A stretch of 63,323 nt of DNA, filler included, from Chiloscyllium plagiosum (lineage: Eukaryota): assembly GCF_004010195.1 (NCBI RefSeq). It is 5 parts of one record of this genome, joined end to end, with 100 filler letters (N's around TTAATTAATTAA, not from the genome) between each part and the next. Parts side by side here need not be neighbours in the genome. Positions count along the whole stretch, not along the records: positions 32,071 to 56,650 come from NC_057713.1; positions 56,751 to 59,595 come from NC_057713.1; positions 59,696 to 63,323 come from NC_057713.1; 2 more parts are not named here. The stretch is one strand, 5' to 3'. A program made the position numbers and the translations under genes. Of this stretch, positions 49,585 to 62,445 are shown piece after piece. Position 1 is the stretch's first letter, and the number at the start of each line of letters is the position of its first letter. The notes beneath the pieces are model-generated. The model did not search any database. It saw only the letters and a program-made list of their open reading frames with translations, and had not been told where the DNA came from.

Positions 49585-49957
49585 CGTATAAAATGAAGGG
49601 AACAGAGAAGATAGAAGCAGGGAGGTTGTTTCCACTGATGGGTGAAACTAGAACGAAGGGGCACAGCCTCAAAACAACGGGGAGCAGATTTAGGACTGAG
49701 TTGAGGAGGAACTTCTTCAACCAAAGAGTTCTGGATTTGTGCAATTCCTTGCCTAATGAAGCAGTTGAAGCTAACTCATTGAATGTTTTTTAAGGCAAAG
49801 ATACTTAGATTTTTGAACAGCATAAGAATTAAGGGCTATGGTGAGCGAGTGGATAAGTGGAGCCGAGTCGACGGAAAGATGAGCCATGATCTTATTGAAT
49901 GGCGGGGCAAGCTCATGGGGCCAGATGACCTACTCCTGCTCCCATTTCTTATGTTCT
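49585..49957 (+). mobile_element. CR1 3' end
   Basis: GETRTKGHSLK...RRNFFNQRV plus 3' UTR. Confidence 0.85.
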
Positions 49958-50661
49958 GATGGAAGAGGGGTTTAGGAAGGACATACTAGCTTAGGGTCTA
50001 TGTAGCTAAAGACACAGCTGTCAATGGTGGAACTGGATTTTATGTATAACCACTGCATTCCACTGCTTGGGAAATGAAGCCCTGGAACAATTCAATACAG
50101 TATCTGTTTCCAAACAACAAATTATAATTTTACATTTCAATTATAATATGCTGCAGGGAAGAAAACTGAAAATTATGTAAAACAATCTCAATTCTAATTT
50201 GCTCAGCTTTCTTTACTTTACTTTGTAGCTACGTCCCTCGAGAAGGCATTAGAACTCACAGGCACTTGTATAGCAAGAGGTGCTGGATACTGAGTCCAAT
50301 AACAGCAGTAAGATAGGTCCTGCCTGCCTGATGAAATTTACTTGATACCAAGGCAATGAGCTTTTTATTTTAGTTCATCCATGGGAAGTGGGTGTCACTG
50401 GCTAAGCAAGCATTTATTCCCCATCCCTAGGAGTCAAACACATTGCTTTGGACCTGGAGTCACATTGAGGCCTGACCTGGTGAGCACGTCAGATTTCTTT
50501 CCTTAAAAGGACATTGATAAACCAGATGGGTTTTTCCGACAATTTTACATTGTTGCCATTAGATAAGGTTTTCTATTCCAGATTCCATTTTTATTGAATT
50601 TGAATATCAATGTCTTCCATGGTAGGATTTGAACCAGTGTCCCTGTAACATTTTAGATCTA

Positions 50662-52876
50662 TAGATAGTCGTAGCGAAGTACAGCACAGAAACAAAGCTT
50701 TTGGTCCAACTCGTCCTATCAAACCAGACAACCAAACCTGATCTAGTCCCATTTGCCAGCACTTGACGCATATCCCTCTAAACCCTTCCTATTCATATAC
50801 ACATTTAATTGTTGTAATTGTACCATCCTCTACCACTTCCTCTGGCAGCTCATTCCATACACGCACCAACCTTTGCAAGAAAACGTTGCCCCATAGGTCC
50901 TTTTAAATTTTTTCCCCTCTCACCCTAAACCTATGCCCTCTAGTTCTGGACTCCCCCCAACTCAGGGAAAAGACCTTGTCTATTTACCCTATCAATGCTC
51001 CTCATGGTTTTATAAACCTCTATAACGTCACCCCTCAGCCTCTGATGCTCCAGGGAAAACGGCCCCAGCCTATTCACCCTCCCCACGTAGCTCAAACCCT
51101 CCAACCCTGGCAACATCCTTGTAAATCTTTTCTGAACCCTTTCAAGTTTCACAACATCTTTCTGAAAGAAGGGAGACAAGAATTGCATATGATATTCCAA
51201 AAGTGACCTAACCAATGTTTTGTACAGCCGCAACATGACTTCCTAAATCTTATACTCAATGCACTGACCAATAAAGGAAAGCATACCAAACATCTTTTTC
51301 ACTACCCTATCTACCAGCAACTCCACTTTCAAGGAACTATGAAACCTGCATTCCAAGGCATCTTTGTTCAGCAACACTCCCCAGGACCTACCATCAAGTC
51401 TGTAAGTCCTGCTCTGATTTGCCTTTCTAAAATGCAGCATCTCACATTTATATAAATTAAACGCCAATTGCCACTACTCAGCCCATTGTACTCTGAAGTA
51501 ACCTTCTTCGCTGTCCACTACACCTCCAATTTTGGTGTCATCTGCAAACTTATTATCTCCTACATTGACATCCAAATCATTTATATAAATGACAAAAACT
51601 AGTGAAGCCAGCACCGATCCTTGCGGCACACCACTGGTCACAGGCCTCCAGTCTGAAAAACTCTCCATCACCACCACCCTGTCTTCTATCTTCCAGCCAT
51701 TTCTGTATCCAATTAGCTAGTTCTCCCCGTATTCCATGTGATCTAACCTTGCTAACAGGTCTACCATGAGGAACCTTGTCGAACACCTTACTGAAGTCCA
51801 TACAGACCAAGTCCACCGCTCTGCACTTATCAATCCTCTTTGTTATTTCTTCAAAAAAACTCAATCAAGTTTGTGAGACATGATTTCCCATGCACAAAGT
51901 CATGTTGATTATCCCTAATCAGTCCTTGCCTTTCCACATGCATGTGGATCCTGTCCATCTGGATTCCCTCCTACAACTTGCCCACCACTGATGTCAGGCT
52001 CACTAGTCTACAGTTCCCTGGCTTTTCCTTACCACCTTTCTTAAATAGCGGCACCATGTTAGCCATCCTCCAGTCTTCCAGCACCTCACCTGTGACTATC
52101 AATGACACAAATATCTCAGCAAGGAGCCAGCAATCACTTCCCTAGCTTTCCACAGAGTTTTAGGGTACACGTGATCAGGTCCTGAGAACTTATCCACTTT
52201 CATGCATTTTAAGACGTCCAGCACCACCTTCTCTGTAATGTGGATATTTTTCAAGATGTCACCATCTATTTCCCTACATTCTATACCTCCCATGTCCTTC
52301 TCCCCAGTAAACACTGATGCAAATACTCGTTTAGTATCTCCCCCATTTCTTGTAATTCTACACATAGGTTGCCTTGCTGATCTTTGAGGGGTCCTATTTT
52401 CTCCCTAATTACCCTTTTGTCCTTAATATATTTATAAAAACCCTTTGGATTCTCCTTAATTCTATTTGCCAAAGCTATCTCATATCCCCTTTTTGCCCTC
52501 CTGATTTCCCTCTTAAGTATACACCTACTGCCTTTATACTCTAAGGATTCACTCGATCTATCCTGTTTATACCTGACATATGCTTCCTTCTTTTTCTTAA
52601 CCAAACCCTCAATTTCTTTAGTCATCCAGCATTCCCTATACTTACCAGCCTTCCCTTTCACCCTGACAGGAACATACTTTCTCTGGATTCTTGTTATCTC
52701 CTTTCTGAAGGCCTCCCATTTTCCAGCCATCGCTTTACCTGCGACATCTGTCTCCAATTAGCTTTCGAAGGTTCTTGCCGAATACCGTCAAAATTGGCCT
52801 TTTTTCAATTTAGAACTTTTAGATCTGGTCTATCCTTTTCCACCACTATTTTAAAACGAATAGAATTATGGTCGCT
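50662..52876 (-). mobile_element. CR1 LINE ~2.2 kb of ORF2 and 3' end
   Basis: [38 protein letters not shown] and [14 protein letters not shown]. Confidence 0.92.
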
Positions 52877-53800
52877 TCTATCACCCTATGATCTTTGTAT
52901 GATATAATCAGCCTCTATTGAATGCAAAACAAACTTTTCACTGTGCTGTGACAATAATAAATCAAATCAAACAGTGCAAAAACTGCACATGTAAAACTCC
53001 CATCATGAGAATAGACAAAAGATACACAGCAACATTGAATTTGAAAGCGTCAGCCCATTCAGCCCTTTAGTGTGCTGTGACATTCAGTATGATCACACTA
53101 ATCTTGCTCTCAACACCAAGTTCCTGCCCAACTCCACACAGACTTTGATTCCTTTACCTATCAAAACTCTAACGCAACCTTAAATAAAGATTGAGCCTCC
53201 ACTAATTTATGGGGAAGGGAATTTCAAACTTTAGTTACCTCAAAAAAAAATCCTGTCTTCTGATCTCATTTTATTAATCTGTGTACCCCTCAGTTCTAGT
53301 CTCTTGCTCTGGAGGAACTAACCTCCTAGAATCCACCTGCCACGTCCCTTCATGATATTATCATGATACAGTAACTTTCAAACCCATGATCACTTACAAC
53401 TAGAAAAACATGGAACACCCCCAACTGCAAGTTCCTCTCTAAGCCACTCAAACTGACTTGGAAATATATCACTAATCCTTCACTGTCGCTTGGTCAAAAC
53501 CTTGGAATTCTCTTTATAATGGCCTTGTGGATCTATCTACAGGACATGGACTGCAGCAGCTCAAGAAGGCAGCTCACCCCACCATCTTCTCAAAGGCAAC
53601 TGGAACCAGGCAATACATGTTGGCCAGTGAAACACACATCCCACAGATGAATAATAAAAAAAAACCTCTCATTCTTCTGAACTCCAGTGAGTAAAGGTCC
53701 AATCTGTCATCATAAGACAAGTCCTTTACCCAAGAAAGAAGTCAGATGAACCTTCCAAACAATAAAGCCAGTCTGTGCTTAATCTGATTATTGATATTGT

Positions 53801-54083
53801 ATTAGATTAAATTAGATTAGATTCCCTACATTGTTGAAACAGGCCCTTCGGCCCAACCAGTCCACACCGACCCTGTGAAAAGTAACCCAACCAGATCCAT
53901 TTCCCTCTGGCTAATGCACCTAACACTATGGGCAATTTAGCATGACCAATTCACCTGACTTGCACATCTTTGGACTGTGGGAGGAAACCGGAGCACCTGG
54001 AGGAAACCCATGCGGACACTGGGAGAATGTGCAAACTCCACACAGAGCCGAGGCTGGAATCGAACCTGGGACCCTGGTGCTGT
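53801..54083 (-). mobile_element. HE1-type SINE
   Basis: B-box ggttcgattcc, V-domain tgtgtggagtttgcacattctccc and a (CTAAT)n tail. Confidence 0.85.
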
Positions 54084-56004
54084 ATATCTATATGATATTT
54101 ATATTATTTTCGATACAGAACACAGGAATAGCAGGAGGCTATTTAACTCCTTAACTGCTGTTCTGCTAATCAGCGAGATCATGGTTGACCTGCAATCTAA
54201 GTCCATATATCCATTTTTATTCCACATCCCTTTACAACTTTGGTTAATAAACATCGACAACTCTCAGTTTTAAAATTAACAATTTATCTAGCCTCAATTT
54301 CCATCCATGGAAGAGAGGTCCAACATTTTCTACCGTGTGTGTTATGTGTTTTTCCTAATTTCAATCCCAAAAGATATGGCTCTACCTTTGCGACCATGAC
54401 TACCTAGCTCTAAAGTATCCAACTAGCAGTTTTATTACCTTCTCTATTCCTCTTAAGATCACAGACTTGACTGCGCAATGATATATTGCTTTGTTCAAAA
54501 TGTGAAACCATCGTTAAGGATAGCAGCAGATTTTATTCGCCTTTGCAACCAGGTGAAATGTTGCCTTGAATTTGTTCAGTCTGAGATGAAGAGGAATTTC
54601 TACAGCCAGAGGGTTGTGAATCAGTGGAACTCATGGCCACAGAAGGCAATGGACGCCACGTGATTGCATGCCTTTGAGACAACAAGTTTGGTTCTTCGTT
54701 AGTCGAAGGTCACGTGGAGAAGACTGGAGAATGGGACTGAGAAACGCATCAGTCATGATCAAACAGCAGAACAGACTCAATAGGCTGAATGGCTTAATTC
54801 TGCTCCCATATCTTATGGTCTTATGAATGCTACACTCTGTGCACCACCTCAACAGGGTGAATACAATCAATGGGCAGAACCGTAAGCCTCTTCAAGTCTG
54901 AGACACAACTACAAATGCTGGCTGCACTTGAAACCTAGGTGAGGTTGTGCTTCTAATCCAGCTCCTCTTCATGAACTAAGCACAAACTCTACCATCTGAT
55001 CCATCTCATCCCCCTCAACACAAGTCCAATTATACTTTTTTGTGAAGTAATTAGCAGTGATTTAAATGTTGCAAAAGGTAGACTTGCAGAACTTATCAAA
55101 TTTTATCAGAATTGCTCAGTTCACCCTTGGATAAACCACATCCACATCAATCCTCAATAAAATCTAACAAGTGAACCAGGATGAATAATAATTCTTTCTC
55201 ACCTTAACTGCTTAAAGGTTAAGGGCTTTTTGGCGGTTTCTTCTTGTATAAATTAAATACCTAAATAGCACAATTTCCCTTCAACTGAACTGTGAGTAGT
55301 ACCTTCATAAAGGTTACATTTTAAAATTGAGTTTTTAAAGTAGTGCTGCAAAGATTAACACTTTCTCATTGATGAACTAGGTTAATTAAGCAATTCTATT
55401 TGAATAGTTCAAATATGACTTTAAATTTATAATGTGTTATTTCTTTAACAATAATATTTGTTTAAATGCACAGCTTACCAATATTCAGTGTGGATACTTT
55501 GACAAACAAGAAATTACTACAGACTCATCTCTCAACAGTTCAAAATTCTGTTTGCTCTAATGTTTTGAAAACAAAATCCCCACTCACCCTTACATTTAGC
55601 AGGTGCTTGATATGGGAAAAAGGGATTTAGTAAATGTTCAAGTAAATGTTCAAGTAAATGGCTTTTTCTTTAATTTTAAAAAGTCACCGTAAATTCTATT
55701 CTTTGCGCAAAGCTAGTTACAATTACTGACAATTTATCCATATGTTTTTGAAACCAAAAGGTACAGTGCAAATTTAATACAATGTTCCCACAGCCTATAA
55801 ATTGTAATTGGTTTTGCGTTCATGAACACAAGGGTGCGCCAGTTAAAACAATCCCAGTAGAAAAATCTTATTTACACAGCAGAGCGGAACATTTCTATTT
55901 AGAAGTTGTAAATGTAAGGACTTGTGCATTGAGAAAGCTTCTAACAGGGTTAATGTTTTAAAAGATTATTCGTTTAAAAGCTGCCTTTCTTTACTTCAAT
56001 TTAC

Positions 56005-56650
56005 CTGCAAGTCGTTGTAAATATTCTCCAAGCCCAAGATTTTGGTCGCCTGTCATTTAAATTCAGTAGCAGGCTCTTAACTCCGATCTCGCCCTGCAGC
56101 AATGGTCCAATGCAGCTCACTTTAAACTGCGTGATTAGCACCTCCCACCTTTCTTCTTTGCACTTGCTGAACACCTCTCACATATCTCTACTTTTCTAAG
56201 TCCTGATGAAATGCCCCAGAACGAAGTGGGAATACGCTTAGGTTATGGATTTTTTTTTGCTTTTTTAATTGAAAATCTGCAATGTCCGCAATATATCGCC
56301 GAGAAGTGCTGTTTCTGCTAACTCTTCCCCCAGCCACCGGACAGTAAAGATTTCTGAATGACATACAATTATGAAGCTTCTCAACGTAGTATTCGCGTAT
56401 GCATCTGTGATACAGGTATCACTGAGGCATCGCTGCTGAGCAAAGGTTTCCCCCTTGTTGAACAGCTTGGCAAGTTTAGTGACCAAGTGGCTAACGATAG
56501 AGACGGAGGGGAGGGCTTAGCTGATCAGTTTACTGAGGGCAACACAGCAGCCTCACCGCCCTGACAGATACCAAAAGTATAGCAAATGGTTTCTGAGGAG
56601 CAGAAGGAGGAGGAGGGGGGAGGGAGGAGGAGGAGGAGGAGGATGAGAAG
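56005..56650 (-). other. Candidate first exon / 5' UTR of an unidentified minus-strand gene (possible short CDS start 56056-56005, MTGDQNLGLGEYLQRLA)
   Basis: Repeat-free and CpG-enriched relative to the window. Minus-strand donor CAG|GTAAAT at 56005/56004, GC box (CCGCCC near 56556) and a (GGA)n tract next to an assembly gap. Product not recognised and the Kozak context is weak. Confidence 0.35.
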
Positions 56651-58161
56651 NNNNNNNNNNNNNNNNNNNNNNNNNNNNNNNNNNNNNNNNNNNNTTAATT
56701 AATTAANNNNNNNNNNNNNNNNNNNNNNNNNNNNNNNNNNNNNNNNNNNNCCACTCTCACTCTCACTCCCACGCCCAATCCACTTGTCATCAGCAATTTT
56801 GGAAATATTGCATTTGATTCTTTCGTCCAAATAGTTGATATATATTGTCAATACCTGCGGCCCCAAGCACTGATTCCTATTGGTGGCTCCTACTTCAGAA
56901 ATGACCCGTATATTCCTGCTCCTTGTTTCATTTTGCTAACCATTTCTTAATCCAGGTCAGCCGAATACTTCCAATGCTGTGCACTTTGGCTTTGAACACT
57001 ACCCTCTTTTTGTGAGACTTGATCAAAAGCTTTTTGAAAACCTACATCCATTAGTTCACCCTTATCTATTACAATAGCTACGTCCTCGAATATTTCAGAA
57101 GATTTGTCAAACATGATTTCCCTTTCATAAATCCGTGGTGGGTATGTGTAATCCAGTTGGTATTGTCTGTGTGTACTGTTAGCACAGACTTTTCCAGGTT
57201 TTTAGGAGAGGAATAGAGATGGAGAAATTTTGAAGGGATGTTTGAAGTTTGGAACCCAAGCAGATGAAGACTCAGCTGCTAATTTGGGAGCAGTGACAAG
57301 AATTAGAGGGTGCAGATTACATCAGAGGGGTGAAGTGGGGCTACTACAGATGGTTGCAGGAATTGGGGGTGGGGGGGTGGGGGGATTGGGTCATGCGGAG
57401 ATTAGGGAATAAAGTAAGGGAAGTTTAAAAGCAGAGGCTTTGCTGGACTGGGAGTCCCAGTCGGTCAGCGGGCACAGTGAAGAAGTAGGTAAAGGGGATT
57501 CAATTTCAGTTTGGGCAAAGTCAACAGAGTTTCAGAATTACACCTTTAATTCAGTGAGGCACCCCAAGTAACTGCACAGGAGCTGTCCAGCAAATACAGG
57601 CAGGAGGCTGGAAGAACACAGCAAGCCAGGCAGCATCAGAAGGTGTAGAGGTCAACGTTTCAGGTGTAACCCCAGAGCTGCTTTAATCTCATTGATATCT
57701 TCCTGTAACCAAGTCTGGGCTTAACTTTCTTGCTGTGTCTGTTCAGAGACTGGCACTGCACAGGAGGCCATTCAATCCATCGAACCTCTGCCAGCTCTTT
57801 AAAAGAATTATTCAATTAGTCCCAGTACCCTGCTCTTTCTCCATTGCTTTGCAAATGCCACCTTTTCAAATATTCCCCATCTGAAAGTTACTGTTGACCC
57901 TCTGTGCAGTACACTCTCAGGCAGTGCATTCCAGACCCTGGTCAGTTGCTGCATGAAAAGGGTTCGTTTCTCTGCTGCTCGTTTCTTCACTCGCCCCTGC
58001 GTTTGTCTTTGTGAATTTTTTTTTGGCACGTCCGCAGAAGTGTTTTACAGCCTGTTTGTATGTTTCTTACTAAATTACTTTTGTATTTTAGTTTTCTTTT
58101 TAGATTTTTGACCCTACTCATCGTGTGGAAAGTTTTTTTTCCCCTCATACCTTCACTGCTT

Positions 58162-58860
58162 AGACCACAAGAAATAAGAAAAGGAGAAGGCCATTCGGCC
58201 CCTCGAGCCTGCTCCCCCATTCAATAGGATCACAGCTGATCCAACATTCCTCACACCCACCTTCCTGCCCTTTCCCTTGATTCCCCGACTGATCAAGGAT
58301 CTTTTGATCTCAGCCTTAAATATACACAAGGACTCTGCCCCCACAGCTCTCTGGGGCAAGGAGTTCCAAAGACCCCCAACCCTCTGAGAGAAGAAATTCC
58401 TCGTCATCCAGTCTGAAATTGGTGCCCCTTTTTTCTGAGACTGTACCCTCTGGTCCTAGACTCTCCCATGAGGGGAAAGCATACTCTCAGCATTGACTCT
58501 GTCAAGCCCTTTAAAAATCCGATATGTTTCAATAGGATCTCCCTTATTCTCCTAAACTCCAGGGAGTAGAGTCCCAACCTGTTCAGCTTTTGCTCATAAA
58601 ACAATCCCTCCATCCCAGGGATCATCCTAATGAACATTCTCTGTCCTGTCTCCAATGAAATGATATCTTTCCTGAAATAAGGGGACCAAAACTGCTCAGA
58701 GTGCTCCAGATGTGATCTCATCAGCCCCTTATAGAGTTACAGTAAGACTTCCCTACTCATATATTCCAACCCCTTGAGATAAGGGCCAACATTCCATTAG
58801 CTTTCCTGATGACCCGCTGCCCCACTGTGCTCACTTTCTGTGTTTCATGGACAAGTCCCC
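58162..58860 (-). mobile_element. CR1 3' fragment
   Basis: HLEHSEQFWSPY; RNFFSQRVGGLWNSLP. Confidence 0.85.
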
Positions 58861-58939
58861 CTTTTTTTTACTATTGATTACCACTGACTCCAGTTTTGCC
58901 AGGGTTAATTTGGTGTCACACACCCCAAACCCCCTTGAT

Positions 58940-59280
58940 TTTGAGACCCTCTCAACTCTCCCCTCCCCTCTGGAATCCAACTGTTTTGTCCATGTTTGAA
59001 CTAAGGCTGTAATGAGGTCGGGAGCTGAGTGACCCTGGTGGACCCCAAACTGGGTGTCATTGAGCAGGTTATTGCTGAGCAGATGCTGCTTGACAGCACT
59101 GTTGATAACACCTTCCATCACTTTACTGATGACCGAGAGTAGACTGACGGGCCGGTATTTGGCTGGAATGGATTTGTCCTGCTTTTTAATGTACAGGCCA
59201 TAGCTGAGAAATTTTCCATATTGTCGGGTAGGTGTCCCTGTGTATCTTGGTTTAATGGTACCATCTACTGGCCAACGTGG
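58940..59280 (-). mobile_element. CR1/Zenon-like LINE RT fragment
   Basis: YRPVSLLSVISKVMEGVIN...DTQFGVHQGHSAPDL. Confidence 0.8.
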
Positions 59281-59297
59281 GAACACAGTGAATAAAA

Positions 59298-59565
59298 CTA
59301 AAAATCACACAACACCAGGGTATAGTCCAACAGGTTTAATTGGAAGCACTAGCTTTCAGAGCGACGCTCCTTCATCAGGTGATTGTGGAGGGCTCGATCG
59401 TAACACAGAATTTATAGCAAAAATTTGCAGTGTGATGTAACTGAAATTATACATTGAAGAATTGATTGTCTGTTAAGCCTTTCATCTGTTAGAATACAGT
59501 GATAGTTTCACTTCTTTCATGTGTAAATCACAAAACCCCTTTTTTTTTAAAGTTGCATTCTCGGG
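59298..59565 (-). mobile_element. PLE pLTR (21366 family) with hammerhead core at 59350-59378
   Basis: cac-CUGAUGA-a-ggagc(guc)gcucu-GAAA-gcua-gug: stem I cac/gug intact. Confidence 0.85.
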
Positions 59566-59695
59566 TGACCTGCAACACATTATCAATGGAGATGANNNNN
59601 NNNNNNNNNNNNNNNNNNNNNNNNNNNNNNNNNNNNNNNTTAATTAATTAANNNNNNNNNNNNNNNNNNNNNNNNNNNNNNNNNNNNNNNNNNNN

Positions 59696-61276
59696 ACACA
59701 CACACACGTACACTCGCTTGCCCGTATAGACACACACCAGCCCATACACTCACACTTACACTTGCTCGTCCGTACAGACACACACACACACGCCCATACA
59801 CGCACACGTACACTTGCTCGTCCGTACAGACACACACACACACGCCCATACACACACACGTACACTCACTTGCCCGTACACAGACACACACACTTGCCCA
59901 TACACACACGTACACTTGCTTGCCCGTACAGAGACACATACACACCTGCCCATACACACACGTACAGTCGCTCGCCCGTACAGAGAGAGACACACACGAC
60001 CGTACACACACCCGCCCATACACACACGTACACTCGCTTGCCCGTATAGACACACACCCGCCCATACACGCACACGTACACTCACTCGCCCATACAGACA
60101 CACCCTACCATACACGCACACGTACACTTGCTCGCCTGTACAGAGACACACACACACCCACCCATACACACACATGTACACTCACTCGCCCATACAGACA
60201 CACCTACCCATACACGCACACGTATACTCGCTCGCCTGTACAGAGACACACACACACCCACTCGTTCACCTGTACAGACACACACACACCTGCCAATACA
60301 TGCACACGTACACTCGCTCGCCCGTATAGACACACACACACCCGCCCATACACACACATGTACACTCACTCGCCCATACAGACACACCTACCCATACACG
60401 CACACGTACACTCGCTCGCCCGTACAGAGAGAGACACACACGACCGTACACACACACCCGCCCATACACACACATGTACACTCGCTCGCTCGAACAGCCA
60501 TACATACCCACACTCGCTCGCCCGTACAGACACCCATACATACACATCCGCCTACAGACACACACGTACACTCGCACGCCGGTACAGACACCCATACACA
60601 TGTACACTCGCTTGCCCGTACAGACTAACACACACATACACTCGCACGTCCGTACAGACACACACACCCACCCATACACGCACACGTACACTTACTCGCC
60701 CGCACAGACACACACACCCGCCCATACACGCACACGTGCTCGCCCATATAGACGCCCATACATGCACATGTACACTCACTTGCCCGTACAGAGACACACA
60801 CCCGCCCATACACGCACACGTACACTTGCTCACCCGTACAGACATACACAACCCGCCCATACATGCACAATACACGCACACGTACACTTGCTCGTCCGTA
60901 CAGACACACACACGCCCATACACACACACGTACACTCGCTCGCCCGTACACAGACACACACACCTGCCCATACACACGTACACTTGCTTGCCCGTACAAA
61001 GACACACACACACACACGCCCATACACACACATGTACACTCGCTCACCCATACACACACGCGTACACGCACACGTACACACACCCGCCCATACACACACG
61101 GACACTCGCTCGCCCGTACAGATGCAGACAACCCGCCCATACACGCATACTCGCTCGCCTGTACAGAGACACATACACACCAGCCCATACACGCACACAT
61201 ATACACCCCACCCATACACGCACACATAAACTCGCTTGTCTGTATACGGACGGACAGACAGACAGACACACACACA
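59696..61276. repeat. CA-rich minisatellite, unit ~45-52 bp
   Basis: Repeating CACACGTACACTCGCTCGCCCGTACAGA(CA)nCCCGCCCATACA; the many overlapping ORFs here are repeat artefacts. Confidence 0.92.
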
Positions 61277-61751
61277 GTTATTTTTGAGGGCAAGAAGGAA
61301 TTCTTAACTTTCATTCCCCACATTGTGTGAAGATGACTATTAGATGTGTCGAAAACCAGATGTTATAGGTTTGAGGTGAGGAGTAAGTGTTTTCAACAAT
61401 ATCTGAAGAGAAAAACACTCCTCCCAGAGGGTAGGAGGGATATGAAACATGCTACCTGAGGGGGTGGTGCAGGCAGATACTTTCACAACTTTTCAGCAGC
61501 ATCTTAAAACACCGGGATGTAGTAAGCCATGGACTAGGTGCAGGTAAATGGGACTAATACAGCTTGGTGTTTGTGGTCAGCATAGACATGGTGGGCCGAA
61601 GGGCCTGTATCACTGCTGAATGACTCTAGAAGTAGACCATTCAACCCAGAATGATTGGGGTGGAGGGAGGGGTGGTGGAGAATTGCATAGAAACTTAATG
61701 CCCCAGCCTCGACAGCCCTCTGTGGGAAAGAATTCCACAGATTCACTCCCC

Positions 61752-61958
61752 TGGATTTCCTCCGGGTGCTCCGGTTTCCTCCCACAGCCCAAAGATGCGC
61801 AGGTCAGGGTGGACTGGCCATGGAAAATTGCTCTGTAGTGTGAAGTGCAGGCTAGGTGGATTAGTTGTGGAAAATGCAGGGTTACAGGGATAAGATGGGG
61901 GGTGGGAGTGTCTGGATGGACTCAATGGCCTGCTTTCACACTGTAGGGATTCTATGAT
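61752..61958 (+). mobile_element. 5'-truncated HE1-type SINE
   Basis: tttcctccgggtgctccggtttcctcccacag...cacactgtagggattctatga. Confidence 0.85.
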
Positions 61959-62164
61959 AAGAAACACCTCATCTCTGTCTTAAAAGGGTGACCCCATATT
62001 CTGAGATTATTGCTTCTGGCCCTAGTCTCTCCTACAAGAGGAAACAACCCTTCTCCTCATAAAACAGTCCCTCCATACCCAGGGTCAGCCATGTGAACTT
62101 TCTCTGGACCACAACGCCAGTGTAGCTAGCTTCTTATAGCCCAGTGGTGTTCACAGTACTGCAG

Positions 62165-62445
62165 GAATAAAGGCAGAGAGCCTGAAGCGTGGAGAGAGAG
62201 GAGTGCTTGCCTTAAAGAAGCTTTCCTCCTCTCTCTACAAGAATCTCAGGGAGTCCCTCTCCCACTGCAACTCCCAGGTCTTATCTCTCCACGCTTCAGG
62301 CTCTCTGCCTTTATTCCTGATGAAGGACTTTTGCCCGAAACGTCGACTTTGCTGAAGCTCCTCGGATGCTGCCTGAACTGCTGTGCTCTTCCAGCACCAC
62401 TAATCCAGAATCTGGTTTCCAGCATCTGCAGTCATTGTTTTTACC
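62165..62445 (+). mobile_element. Young PLE insertion with 36-bp inverted repeat, hammerhead (62317-62344) and 15-bp TSD, inside a minus-strand CR1 fragment
   Basis: TSD ttcacagtactgcag at 62150-62164 and 62446-62460; perfect inverted repeat 62162-62197/62284-62319; CTGATGA-aggac(tttt)gccc-GAAA-cgtc. Confidence 0.9.

Noticed and set aside
50229..50307. Plus-strand candidate exon after a strong polypyrimidine/AG
   Set aside because: No frame resembles laminin or another protein I recognise; the donor is mediocre.
59640..61330. Many long overlapping ORFs (up to 455 aa; His/Thr- or Cys/Val-rich)
   Set aside because: Translations of a stop-poor CA/TG minisatellite in all frames.
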